From: a virus
Lineage: Duplodnaviria; Caudoviricetes
DNA length: 35,793 nt
Virus record (IMG/VR): IMGVR_UViG_3300031702_000024
Coordinates: 1 to 35,793 of that record
Strand: one strand, 5' to 3'
Position 1 is the stretch's first letter. Each line of letters starts with the position of its first letter. This document shows positions 1-9,800 of this stretch, piece after piece. Made by a program: the position numbers and the translations under genes. The notes beneath the pieces are model-generated. The model was not told the DNA's origin and did not search any database. It saw nothing but the letters and a program-made list of their open reading frames with translations.

Positions 1-553
1 CCTTTGATGTTCTTGCAGCAGAATTTGCCGATGCCAATCTTATTTGGCCGCCTGCATTAAAGAAGCTGCGTCTATGGCTTGCATCGTCAAATGTTATAGT
101 AAATATTTGGTAAACTAATCCGTTCCACGATGCTGATCGTATGTCAGTTAGTACTAATGACTGAGCTGCTTGTGATGTATGTACTGTAAATTTGTCAGCT
201 TCTATTTGAGTCATTAAAGCTTCGTAATCTGCAATACCCTTTTTAAATCCTGATGGGTCATCTGTAAGTAACCCAGTATCACTTAAAAATGCGCTTGTTT
301 CTTCTGCAACAGTATTTGAACCCGATATTACTGTATCAATTGATAAATTGCCGGGGCCTACTTGGTGAACTCTAGCATTTAGAATATCTGCATATATGTT
401 ATTAAGATCAGCAGCTCTAACTTCACCTTCAACTGAACTAACTTGGGCGCTTGCAAGTGTTTGCCCGTAACCGCTTTGACCTGCGCCTTGACCATAAATT
501 AGTGAAATTCTATTTTGTAGATTATTAATTCGTGCTGCTGTGATATTTGCCAT
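1..553 (-). CDS. Virion structural protein, runs off the left edge (MANITAARINNLQNRISLIYGQGAGQSGYGQT...RRSFFNAGGQIR...)
   Basis: Not in the ORF track. Manual translation from the ATG at 553 is open to the window edge. An AAGGA ribosome-binding site lies just upstream and the start follows the stop of 563..2068 by 9 nt. GYGQT and RxFFNAGG motifs recall tail-region proteins of large myoviruses. Confidence 0.75.
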   Translation of the reverse strand, partial: MANITAARINNLQNRISLIYGQGAGQSGYGQTLASAQVSSVEGEVRAADLNNIYADILNARVHQVGPGNLSIDTVISGSNTVAEETSAFLSDTGLLTDDPSGFKKGIADYEALMTQIEADKFTVHTSQAAQSLVLTDIRSASWNGLVYQIFTITFDDASHRRSFFNAGGQIRLASANSAARTSK

Positions 554-562
554 GTGGGTTCC

Positions 563-2068
563 TTATACCTTAAGTACGCATTCTACTAGCTTCTCGCCCT
601 CATCGCTATTACTTTCTAGCGCAATACCTACAATTGATGTTGTAGCAATAGTAGTACATACACCATCTGCCATTGCATAAACTGCATCGCCTTTTCTAAC
701 TGCACCTTTAACTCTTACAGGTAAACGTCCTTTAAGTCCAATGTATTGTCCATCTGCTTCACTATTCATCATGTATGCTGGATCAGTTGATACAACACCA
801 ATACAATGATTACTTGCAACTGCTGGCTCTACTTCGTGATCTTCATGACTGCATACTGCAACTGCTGTGCCTGCTGGTAATTCTTCTGCTGTAGTGTATT
901 TTTCTGCTAAGTCAGCATACCTTGCGCTGGTTGCAGTACCTTGAAACAGGTTAGCAACTAAGTTGCCATCAGCGGTTCTAACAGCAACAGTACTATTTGA
1001 TAATAATTGACTTCCTACTGCATACGCATCTGTTCCGTACTTTAATTGATCAGCCTTATCTGAAACGCCTTTAAATTTTGCAGCATGTATCTCATTCCAA
1101 CGTAAAGCAGTTGATCCAATATTAAAAGTTACATCACTACTTGGAAATAAGCCAAGCGCATTAACACTAGCTACTGTAGTTACTGCACCTAGTGATGTAG
1201 TTGTTTGCAATGATATTTTACTACTTGCACCATTAGAATTTCTTATTACTGCTGCATTTGTAGTAGGATCAAAGTAAATCCATATCTGGTCAGCTGCGCC
1301 AATTTTTATACCTAAATTATTTTTAAATTTAGTTTCTTCTATAAATTCACTTGCTGAGCCTGATACCGAAGTAACAACATTATCAGCACTTATAACTGTG
1401 CCAGCTGTTGTAACAAGGGATTCTGCAGTTGTAGCAGTTCCATAAAATCTATGCTCTCCAGTAGTACGGCCTTGATTTACTCCAGTAGTCGGAGTATTAA
1501 CTAATGTTAATCCTTTTTTAACAGTAGTAAATCCAGGAATAGCATTACTAGAATCAATTGTAAATTCAGAATTACTAAAAATAGCTACAGTTGTGTCATT
1601 AATGGTTGATGAAATTACATTGTAAGTATTAGTATCAGTGCCTAGTAAAGTTGTACTTTGCATCTGCGTTAGGCCTTCGCCTGCATTCTGTGGTCCTATA
1701 AGCGAATAAGAAGTTCCATTAAACACACTTAACTGATCGTTTCCAGTATCCCACCAAAAATCGCCGCTTGCTGCGCCGGTTGGCTGGGTACTTGTTGCTA
1801 ATGCTCCTCCGGAAGCTTTCCATCGATTACCATCATAAAAATTTAATTTAGCATTTGCACTATCGTACCATAGTTGTCCTGTTAATGCCCGGGGTGGTGC
1901 AACGGTACCAGAGAAGTTTTCAAGCAAAAATAACATGTTTTCATTTTGTATTTCGCCGTAACCTGCGTAGTTTTTTCCGATGAATTTTAAGTCAGTTGTT
2001 TGATCAACTGTGCCATCTTCCACTGTAGTTAACAGTGTGTTGTTATATCTATCTATTGCATATGCCAT
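563..2068 (-). CDS. Tail fibre/spike protein with C-terminal intramolecular chaperone/autocleavage domain (Peptidase_G2-like)
   Basis: 501 aa. The N-terminal GKNYxGYGExxNENxxxLLENF...GQLWYD domain is shared with the two upstream paralogues. The C-terminus (ATSARYADLAEKY...IGVVSTDPAYMMN...LKGRLPVRVKG..RKGD...VGIALE) resembles the phi29 gp12-type chaperone. Confidence 0.7.
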   Translation of the reverse strand: MAYAIDRYNNTLLTTVEDGTVDQTTDLKFIGKNYAGYGEIQNENMLFLLENFSGTVAPPRALTGQLWYDSANAKLNFYDGNRWKASGGALATSTQPTGAASGDFWWDTGNDQLSVFNGTSYSLIGPQNAGEGLTQMQSTTLLGTDTNTYNVISSTINDTTVAIFSNSEFTIDSSNAIPGFTTVKKGLTLVNTPTTGVNQGRTTGEHRFYGTATTAESLVTTAGTVISADNVVTSVSGSASEFIEETKFKNNLGIKIGAADQIWIYFDPTTNAAVIRNSNGASSKISLQTTTSLGAVTTVASVNALGLFPSSDVTFNIGSTALRWNEIHAAKFKGVSDKADQLKYGTDAYAVGSQLLSNSTVAVRTADGNLVANLFQGTATSARYADLAEKYTTAEELPAGTAVAVCSHEDHEVEPAVASNHCIGVVSTDPAYMMNSEADGQYIGLKGRLPVRVKGAVRKGDAVYAMADGVCTTIATTSIVGIALESNSDEGEKLVECVLKV

Positions 2069-2097
2069 TATTTGTGTAACCCCTAGTGCTGTTATAT

Positions 2098-2103
2098 TAT
2101 TTA
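2098..2103 (-). promoter_or_regulatory. Putative late promoter -10 box (TAAATA)
   Basis: Minus strand reads GAATAAATAATATAAC in the 40-nt gap before the 501-aa gene. It matches the core of the T4 late box TATAAATA, and the hexamer recurs in other gaps. Confidence 0.55.
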
Positions 2104-2108
2104 TTCAA

Positions 2109-4076
2109 TTAAAATGAATACGGTGTAGTTGTACTTGTGTGAGTCCAAGCTGTGCCGTTTGATGTGAATGTCATTAATGTCCTTGACGGAGTAAGAAAAA
2201 CATTTCCGCTTGCTGTGTTTGAAGCCTCAATATCTTCTATTGCTTGCCCATTTAAAGTGCCGTTGACGTCAACTGCAATAGTATTTTTAGTTAATACGCC
2301 GCTAGTATCAGGACTTTCTGACACAGTAATGTTAATACCACTAACTGTTGCTCCTGCATATGTTGTTGTGTGTATTTTTGCAATCTTACCTGCATTAAGC
2401 GTATCTGCTGGATACATCGAATTTATAACTGTTGCAACATTTACTTCTAATGTTGCATCTGCCCCCATACCAGTAACGTCTAACGAAAATACTACAGGTC
2501 CAGTTGCTAATTCTTCATCTACGTATTCTTTAGTAGCAACAGTACTGCCAATTGATTCAGTAATTGCAAGCTCAGCTGCTTTTTTTGCACTAACTGCTTT
2601 TGCAACACCTGTAATTTTTTGACTATCAGTAACATTAATATCGCCTGCGGCTGTTATGTTAATTCCACGATTAGATACGATTGTAAATACTGACGGGCTT
2701 GCTGGTGCTGCTGTAATTGTATGTCCGTTAATATTAATATTATCAACGTCTAAATTAATTAGCGTTCCAATTTCATCTAATTGCGGAGCTTTTTGGATAT
2801 TAACTAAACTTGTATTTGTTAATTTGTTTTCTCCGCCAATTTTTAGTGCCTTAGTAGCGTCACTTAAATCTAAATTAACATTAGTTGTCCATGCATCTTG
2901 TACTTGTTTCCAAGTCCATAATTTTTGGCCAACATCTGATGTATCTAATATGAAACCTGCGTTATCAGCAGAGATTCCAGTAAGTGTTGCGCCTGCTGCG
3001 GTCTTAGCAATTTCAATATTTTTATCTTCAATTCGTAGTGTAGCAACATCAATACTAGTTGTAGTGCCTTCAATTAAAAGATTACCAGTTACTCGTAAAT
3101 CTCCGTCCACATCCAATGTGTAGTCAGGTAGTCTAAAGTCGCCGGCGCCAGTTCTGTTAAATATTCCAACTCTTGCAGTACTTGCATCTACGTAAATTGC
3201 ATCAACTGTAATTGATCCAAATGAGCTTGACTTAACACGCATACTCATATCTTCGTCGGTAATTTGGTTTTCTAAATAATACCTAGGTCCTACAATTTTT
3301 TGTACGTGATTCTGTGAAACACCAACTGTTAACCCACCTGAGTTTGATATTGTTAACGTACCTGTTGTTAATCCGTTAGCAGTTGACGGAAGGAAACTAT
3401 CAGCAGTTCTAACTGTTCCGCCTGCTGTAACAAGTGCGTTTGCAGAATCTGCAATACCTCTAAATTTAAAATTAGCAGCATCAATAATGTTAAATCCTTG
3501 ATATATTATACCATTAGGATTTGCTGCGGTAACTAGTCCATCTATTTGCTGACTGTACACTGGTGTAAATTCCAGTGCGCTAACAACTGCTGTTAGTGTT
3601 CCGCCTACATATAGGTTTGCAACTGTTCTAGAACGACTCTGTGCATCGAGGATACTTTCTACCCTATATCCAGTTTCGCCTTGTGTTAGTGTATATGAAG
3701 GACCCGTTAAAATAAGATCAGCGCCATCGAATGCATATACTTGATTATTTAGACTGTCAATCCATAAATCGCCTGCAACCATTTGCGGTTGTGTAGTTTG
3801 CACAAATGGGCCTCCACTTGCTTTCCATTGTGTTCCGTCATATACTTTTAGTCGCTTATCACTATTGTCCCACCATGTTTGACCAGTTAATGGATTACTC
3901 GGAGATGCCGTATTGGAGAAATTTTCTAATAATTTAATAAAGTTTTCGTTAAAGTATTCACCGTACCCTGTATAGTTTCTACCAACAAGCACCAGGTTAG
4001 TACTAGTAGTATCTATTTGACCGTCAATTAAGTCTGTTAATATTGTGCCGTCTGTCTTGTTTAGTTGATAACTCAT
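2109..4076 (-). CDS. Tail fibre / baseplate-fibre connector protein (paralogue 2)
   Basis: 655 aa. Shared N-terminal domain GRNYTGYGEYFNENFIKLLENF...GQTWWD...GDLWID, followed by beta-rich fibre motifs (LDVDGDLRVTGNL, IEDKNIEI, VATKEYVD). Confidence 0.65.
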   Translation of the reverse strand: MSYQLNKTDGTILTDLIDGQIDTTSTNLVLVGRNYTGYGEYFNENFIKLLENFSNTASPSNPLTGQTWWDNSDKRLKVYDGTQWKASGGPFVQTTQPQMVAGDLWIDSLNNQVYAFDGADLILTGPSYTLTQGETGYRVESILDAQSRSRTVANLYVGGTLTAVVSALEFTPVYSQQIDGLVTAANPNGIIYQGFNIIDAANFKFRGIADSANALVTAGGTVRTADSFLPSTANGLTTGTLTISNSGGLTVGVSQNHVQKIVGPRYYLENQITDEDMSMRVKSSSFGSITVDAIYVDASTARVGIFNRTGAGDFRLPDYTLDVDGDLRVTGNLLIEGTTTSIDVATLRIEDKNIEIAKTAAGATLTGISADNAGFILDTSDVGQKLWTWKQVQDAWTTNVNLDLSDATKALKIGGENKLTNTSLVNIQKAPQLDEIGTLINLDVDNININGHTITAAPASPSVFTIVSNRGINITAAGDINVTDSQKITGVAKAVSAKKAAELAITESIGSTVATKEYVDEELATGPVVFSLDVTGMGADATLEVNVATVINSMYPADTLNAGKIAKIHTTTYAGATVSGINITVSESPDTSGVLTKNTIAVDVNGTLNGQAIEDIEASNTASGNVFLTPSRTLMTFTSNGTAWTHTSTTTPYSF

Positions 4077-4077
4077 T

Positions 4078-6216
4078 TTAATTTCCAGTATAGATTATAT
4101 AATTAACAGCTAAGTATGGATTCATAGTATCCAACGGTGCACCTACAAGTTCCGGCGCTGCTACTGTGCCTATATTTGCAAAATCACCAGTGCCTGTTAC
4201 TCCGCCACTATTTATTCCGCCACTTGACGCTAACCCTTGGGTGCCGCCTAGTCCAGGTTCAATTGTTAATGAAATTGCATTGTTGTCAGCAGGTTCTCCT
4301 GCTGCTTCTCGTATTGCATAATATTGATTGCCGCTGGCGCCTTCTAAATCATGCTCGTGTTCTGGTAAGTTAATATCCCTAACCCTAACTGCTTCTTGTC
4401 CTGCGTTGCCGCCCAATGTATCTGCTGCTGCATTTATTACTCTGTCTGCACTCGATCCGTTCATGTTATCAAGTCCTAGAGCAAATCTACCTCTAAAGTC
4501 AGGTAACCCAAATGTAGTTGCACCGTTTTGTAATAACAAGGATCTATCTTTAAACGAATATGCAATAGCTGAAAATAATACACTATAATCTGAAATATTA
4601 ACAATAGATCCATCACAAAATAGCCAGCCTGTTGGTAAAACGCTTCCTGCAAACGGCATAAGTGCTCCTGCTGGAACTAACGGAATTGTACTTAAAAATG
4701 TACTTTTCTTTACTTTATAAACACCCGAGTCATATCCGCCCGATGAACTAAATTTGTTAAGTAATATTTCATCTTCATTACTTGAAAAAGGTAATATTGT
4801 TTTATTAGATATAAAACTGTTAGCAATACGCACATTAAATGTTTTTGTAGTGCCGCCAACTTGTCCATCAAATTCAAAACTGTTGTCTGCTACGTCTCCA
4901 GTTATTCCAAACGTAGTAGCACTTGCAATTCTATCTGCAGATCCTGCTCTGCCACTAACTGTTCCACTTACGTTACCTTGTAAATTACCAAAGAATGTAC
5001 TAGCATGAACATTATCATATTTTAATGCAGCCGAACCTATATCCCAAGTATTAGTAGTAGTAGGTGATATGTTTCCGCTTTTTAAGTACCCTGCTGCTGC
5101 TTCATTAATTGCACCAAAGTCTATGTTACCTGCAATTTGTATATCTTTTGCAACTGCTATGCCACCTTTGGTTATGATAGTGCCTGTATTAAGATCAGTA
5201 CTATTAAAGGTAGTATTAATTAGTATTTGTCCAGATGTTGGATCGCCTGTTGCTGAATTTACACTGACACTTCCTTTAACATCTAATGCAGATGCAGGAG
5301 CAGTATTGTTAACTCCAATAAATCCTCTAGCATCTATTCTTAATACTGTATCATAATCTGTATTATTAAGCATTCTAAAATCTATAGTAGCAGTATTACT
5401 GTTTTGGCGAAATACAGTACTTTGATTTTCAACTTGTATTCCTAGTTGTCCGCTAGTACCTATAACAATACCTTGGTCGTTTTTAATATTAAGTTGAAAG
5501 TTAGAACTTGATTCTGCGTCACTTCTTAAGAAGCTTGTTGCTGGAACTATTGTATTATTAACTATTAAATTTTCAGCTTTTTCTGCAACTCCGTAATATT
5601 TTAATGCCTCAGTGCCTACTAGTGCAGATGCACTGAGGTTCATACCTGCATTAATTCCACCAGTAAATCCTGTAATAGTAGTTTTTGGTGTAAATGCTTG
5701 AGAACTAATTATTATGCCAGTTTGGTTTTTAATTTTAATAGAAAGTACACTGTAAGTTACATCATCTGTACCAACTATTGACTCAGATTGTGCTCCAGTA
5801 AGTAGTCCGTCACTAAAGTCAGGACCAACTAGTATCCATGATGATCCAGTAAACAAATAAAGTTGTTGTGTTTCAGTGTTAACCCACAAGTCTCCTGAAC
5901 TAGAATTTGCAACTGCTGGTTGATTAGTTGCTTTTTTAACACCACTAGCTGCAATCCAAGTTGTTCCATCATAAATTTTAAGCTGATCAACGCCCGCTGA
6001 AGTATCGTACCACAACTGTCCTTCGACAGGACGACTAGGTGAGTTGCTATTTGCAAAATTTTCTAATAAGTGTAAAAAGTTTTCATTCACTGCTGTTCCG
6101 TAACCAGTGTAATTTTTACCAGGGAACGATATCGAAGTTTCTTGATTTAATGTGTTGTCTTCGACTATGATAGTTCCTTTGTTAACGGAATCAGTGTACG
6201 ATATTGTATATGCCAT
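4078..6216 (-). CDS. Short tail fibre-like protein with phage tail-collar domain (T4 gp12/gp10-like C-terminus)
   Basis: 712 aa. Shared N-terminal domain. The C-terminus PAGALMPFAGSVLPTGWLFCDGS...LFSAI...FGLPDFRGRF...LPEHEH...MNPYLAVNYII fits a collar domain (PF07484-like) plus an HxH tip signature. Confidence 0.8.
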   Translation of the reverse strand: MAYTISYTDSVNKGTIIVEDNTLNQETSISFPGKNYTGYGTAVNENFLHLLENFANSNSPSRPVEGQLWYDTSAGVDQLKIYDGTTWIAASGVKKATNQPAVANSSSGDLWVNTETQQLYLFTGSSWILVGPDFSDGLLTGAQSESIVGTDDVTYSVLSIKIKNQTGIIISSQAFTPKTTITGFTGGINAGMNLSASALVGTEALKYYGVAEKAENLIVNNTIVPATSFLRSDAESSSNFQLNIKNDQGIVIGTSGQLGIQVENQSTVFRQNSNTATIDFRMLNNTDYDTVLRIDARGFIGVNNTAPASALDVKGSVSVNSATGDPTSGQILINTTFNSTDLNTGTIITKGGIAVAKDIQIAGNIDFGAINEAAAGYLKSGNISPTTTNTWDIGSAALKYDNVHASTFFGNLQGNVSGTVSGRAGSADRIASATTFGITGDVADNSFEFDGQVGGTTKTFNVRIANSFISNKTILPFSSNEDEILLNKFSSSGGYDSGVYKVKKSTFLSTIPLVPAGALMPFAGSVLPTGWLFCDGSIVNISDYSVLFSAIAYSFKDRSLLLQNGATTFGLPDFRGRFALGLDNMNGSSADRVINAAADTLGGNAGQEAVRVRDINLPEHEHDLEGASGNQYYAIREAAGEPADNNAISLTIEPGLGGTQGLASSGGINSGGVTGTGDFANIGTVAAPELVGAPLDTMNPYLAVNYIIYTGN

Positions 6217-6226
6217 TATCTATTCC

Positions 6227-6829
6227 TTATCCTGCCAAACTCTGAACTCTAACAGTATAATCAATTTGGATTAAACGATTGAGTGATTTTTGCACTGGGT
6301 GAAAAATTACATGAGTAATTAATCTACCTGTTCCAGTTGCACTATAACTACGTAATCCGAGTTCATCAAATACATAATTATTTGTTTGTGAAGAAGCTGT
6401 ATCAAACGCATCTTGACCGTTTGGTTCGCCATAATCAAGTAAACAACTTACTACAATATCAGTATAGTTAGTGCCGCTTAAATGTCTAATTTCAGTTTTA
6501 TTCCTAACCGGATCAGTATTGTTAACACTTCTTTCGTCTACAACTTTAGTGTATGTTTGATTGTATAATGTTGCATTAGTGCCTGTACTGTTAGGTGTTA
6601 GATACGTAATAATACCAGTTGGATCAACGCTTGTACCACCGTTGCCAAAGCTCATTTCGTATATAAATCCCTGTCCAGCATTAGACAAACTCTCAGCAAG
6701 TGCAATACTCATATTTTCATAGTGAATTGCATTGCGCTTGTCAATGTATACCTTTTGTGATTCAGGGTCAAATATTTTGATGTGTCCCTGAACTAATACT
6801 CCGTTTGTGTCTTGCATATTATCGCTCAT
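6227..6829 (-). CDS. Conserved baseplate/fibre-attachment structural protein
   Basis: 200 aa between the giant wedge gene and the fibre genes. The FGNGGT...FDELGL...LITHVIFHPVQKSLNRLIQIDY pattern resembles fibre-attachment (DUF3751-like) domains. AGGA ribosome-binding site upstream. Confidence 0.6.
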   Translation of the reverse strand: MSDNMQDTNGVLVQGHIKIFDPESQKVYIDKRNAIHYENMSIALAESLSNAGQGFIYEMSFGNGGTSVDPTGIITYLTPNSTGTNATLYNQTYTKVVDERSVNNTDPVRNKTEIRHLSGTNYTDIVVSCLLDYGEPNGQDAFDTASSQTNNYVFDELGLRSYSATGTGRLITHVIFHPVQKSLNRLIQIDYTVRVQSLAG

Positions 6830-6846
6830 TTATTTTTCCTATACTG

Positions 6847-6852
6847 TATTTA
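6847..6852 (-). promoter_or_regulatory. Putative late promoter -10 box (TAAATA) overlapping the stop codon of the giant ORF
   Basis: Minus strand reads GAA-TAAATA-CAGTATAGGAAAAATAAATG. Confidence 0.55.
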
Positions 6853-9800
6853 TTCAGGTAGCTCAGATGTTCCTGCACGTAAGAATCTTGCAATACTATT
6901 ATTCGATTCTCCTAAAGAATTAACGCCTTCATTCCAAATTTTGCCTTGTTTCTTAATAATAGTAATTCGTGTTCCTACGAGTGGTACTTGTTTTAAATCT
7001 ATTTTTTGTGTTTGCACATTAAATAATACATCTGCTGGAGTTTCGTAGTCGCCAGCTGGGCTATCTAATTCAAATGTAGGTAAAAACGAACTAATACTAT
7101 TCTTACGCATACGAATTCCGCCAACAAATACTTCTAATTCGTCTATTGATCCTGTTGAGGACACTACATCAAATAATGCAGAAGTACCGTCAGCTGTAAT
7201 ATTTTGAACAATATTATTATCAATATACGGAATAGTCTTGCTTATATTTTGATCAAACACTTTTGATCCAGCTGTATGCAATTCCTTAACGCCTGTTCCT
7301 AATGTTCCCCTACGAAGTTGACGCAATGTATTGCCTTCTTTAACAAAATACTCAATACGTTCGCCATTTACAAAAATTATACCAGGTAAATTTTGTCCTT
7401 TGTTTGGTTCGCTTAACAATGTGCTATTATTTACTTCAATTCTCAAATCATAGTAATTTAGTGGTGCTGCTAATATTGTTACTGATTCATCAAGTCTTTT
7501 ATAATGAGTTCTATTTAATATATCTTTAAATTGCCTATATGCAAACTTTGAAGTATTTACTTCGGCAGTAAAATGAATTACATCAAGTAAGTCAAGCTGT
7601 TCGGGCACAACTGCTAGTTGAATCGTTGTATTATTATTTGTTAATATATAATCAATATCAGGAGTTAACAATTCTCCGTTTTTAATAACCCAAGCATATT
7701 TTGCATCAACTGCTGGCTTTCTTAGTTTAATCTCGCCTACTGATAATCTGTTGTATGTATTATATTCTGTATTTCCTAATTGTAAAGTTGTTCTTGCTAC
7801 AACATCATAATTAACACGCTCTATACCTAATATATCATGATTACTAAATTGGAATATTTCTACTTCTGCAAATGGACCAGGCGCTGTATTTAATTTAACT
7901 GTATTTGCGCTTGGCAACGTATACTGGCCGTCTGTGATTACATATATTTCAATAATATCATTTTCTTTGCCTACATCATCATTTAGAACAATACTACTAT
8001 TTGCAATATTAAATCTCCAACTAACCGGAGTAAGTAGTTCTTCTCCGTTTAAGAATACTTTTATATCTTCAGTAAGCAACGAACCTTGTGGCTGTTGGAA
8101 TGTTTCTAACAAATATTCACGCTGATTAGATGCTGGTATAGTGTACTGTATATTATAACCCGGACTTAGAATTGTATTTCCTACTTTTACAATTAAATTG
8201 TGTTGAGTAGGCTTATTATAAAAAGGCGCAGATGATAATACAAAATTAACATCTACAGCATTGCCAGTAAATCTATCCTTTTTCATTTGACTGTAATTTA
8301 CTTGGATTATACTATCAAATAATGAGTAATAAACTAATTCACCTTCTTCTGGAGCAGTACTAAATGTAAACACAACGTTGCCAGTTATCTCTGATTTATT
8401 AAATGTTACAGTTTGCTTTACACCGTTAGTACTAACAAAAATATCCAAGTCAGTCTGGAACCTTACTCTTGTTTCAAAAGAAGTAGTCGAACCGTCTGCA
8501 ATGTATTCTCCAAAATCTAAAATATTTTGACCAGCTTGTGACACTGTTACAATACTAAGAATTGCGCCTGCAACAAAACTACTAATAGTACTATCAATAG
8601 TTATTTTGCCAAGTTCCCAATTAATTGTATAATTACCAGCCTCTCTCGAAAGTATAGTATTATCAATCTTAACAATAATAGAATCTACACTACTTGGTGT
8701 AACACCTAAGTCGTATGTTGTAACAGACGTATCTAAATGATAACTTTGGCTATATATTTTTCCTTGGCCGTCTGCTTCTCTAGTGTATACTTTAATATCT
8801 AATGTATCAAATATTTGTCCAGGTACAAGCTCTTCAGGGCCAGACATTGCTGCTTCAGATATAAAGCCGTCACCATCAGTAATTATATCTTCTGCTGCCG
8901 TACCTGATGCAGTAGTGTATAGAAGGTCGCCACCGGAAAGTGCAGTATCATAGCCTGTTGCATCTGGTATTACGCTACCGTCACTTGTAGATTTTCTTAC
9001 AACAAATGTATCACCATCAACTATGCTTATTCCTAAATCTTGCACATAAATTATGTCAGTTGTTCCGTCACCTGTGATACTGTTTGTAATAGCATTTACA
9101 TTAGTTGCAGTTCCTAAATTAAAGTTAGGATCATCAATTCGTACATTGTTCTTATAAAGGTTATAAACAACACCGTTTACTAATGGAGTAGTTAATTGTA
9201 CTGCAATAGTAGAACCGTCTGCTGTAAATACTTGGTCTTCGTATGTGTTGTCAAATTGATCCCATTGATCAACAAACCAACCTTTTGAATCCCATCCTGA
9301 TATTCCTTGGAAATCAAAACTGCGAACTTCAACTCCACCAAAATCTGTGCCTGTTATTAACTGAGATAGGTCTTTACTGTACATGTTTGTGCTAGGGCTA
9401 TATGAATGTAAAATTCTATCCTCTGCGCTTAACATACTCAATGGCAATTGATATTTAATTACAATAACTGCGCCATTCGCCGGCGGCTTTGTAAATATAA
9501 TTCTTCCCTTTTCTCTTGTGTAAGTTAACGTGTTATCTTTAATATTAGCATATGTATACTTACTACGCAATTGTTCAATATTATCAACTAGTACTTGAAC
9601 TTTAGAATTATTAAGATCTAATGGATACGCAAGGTTAAACGTTGTACTATCACCAGTTCCAGTATACAATGATTGCTTTGAAATATCTTCGTAAACATAT
9701 TGTCCGCTCATTCTATCAAATTTAACTACTATATGAGGAGTACGAACAAGGCCTGCGCCAATTATTGCAGTAGCATTAGCGTTTGTAGAAATATCGTTTT

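Noticed and set aside
2152-5356. Run of plus-strand ORFs (2152..2622, 2656..3123, 4137..4373, 4328..4588, 4754..5008, 5069..5356)
   Set aside because: These are antisense shadows of the fibre genes, expected from codon bias. They have no ribosome-binding sites or recognisable motifs.
563-6216. Diversity-generating retroelement target or invertible tail-fibre cassette
   Set aside because: No near-identical template/variable repeat pair, reverse transcriptase, invertase or inverted crossover sites were seen. The paralogy is visible only at protein level.
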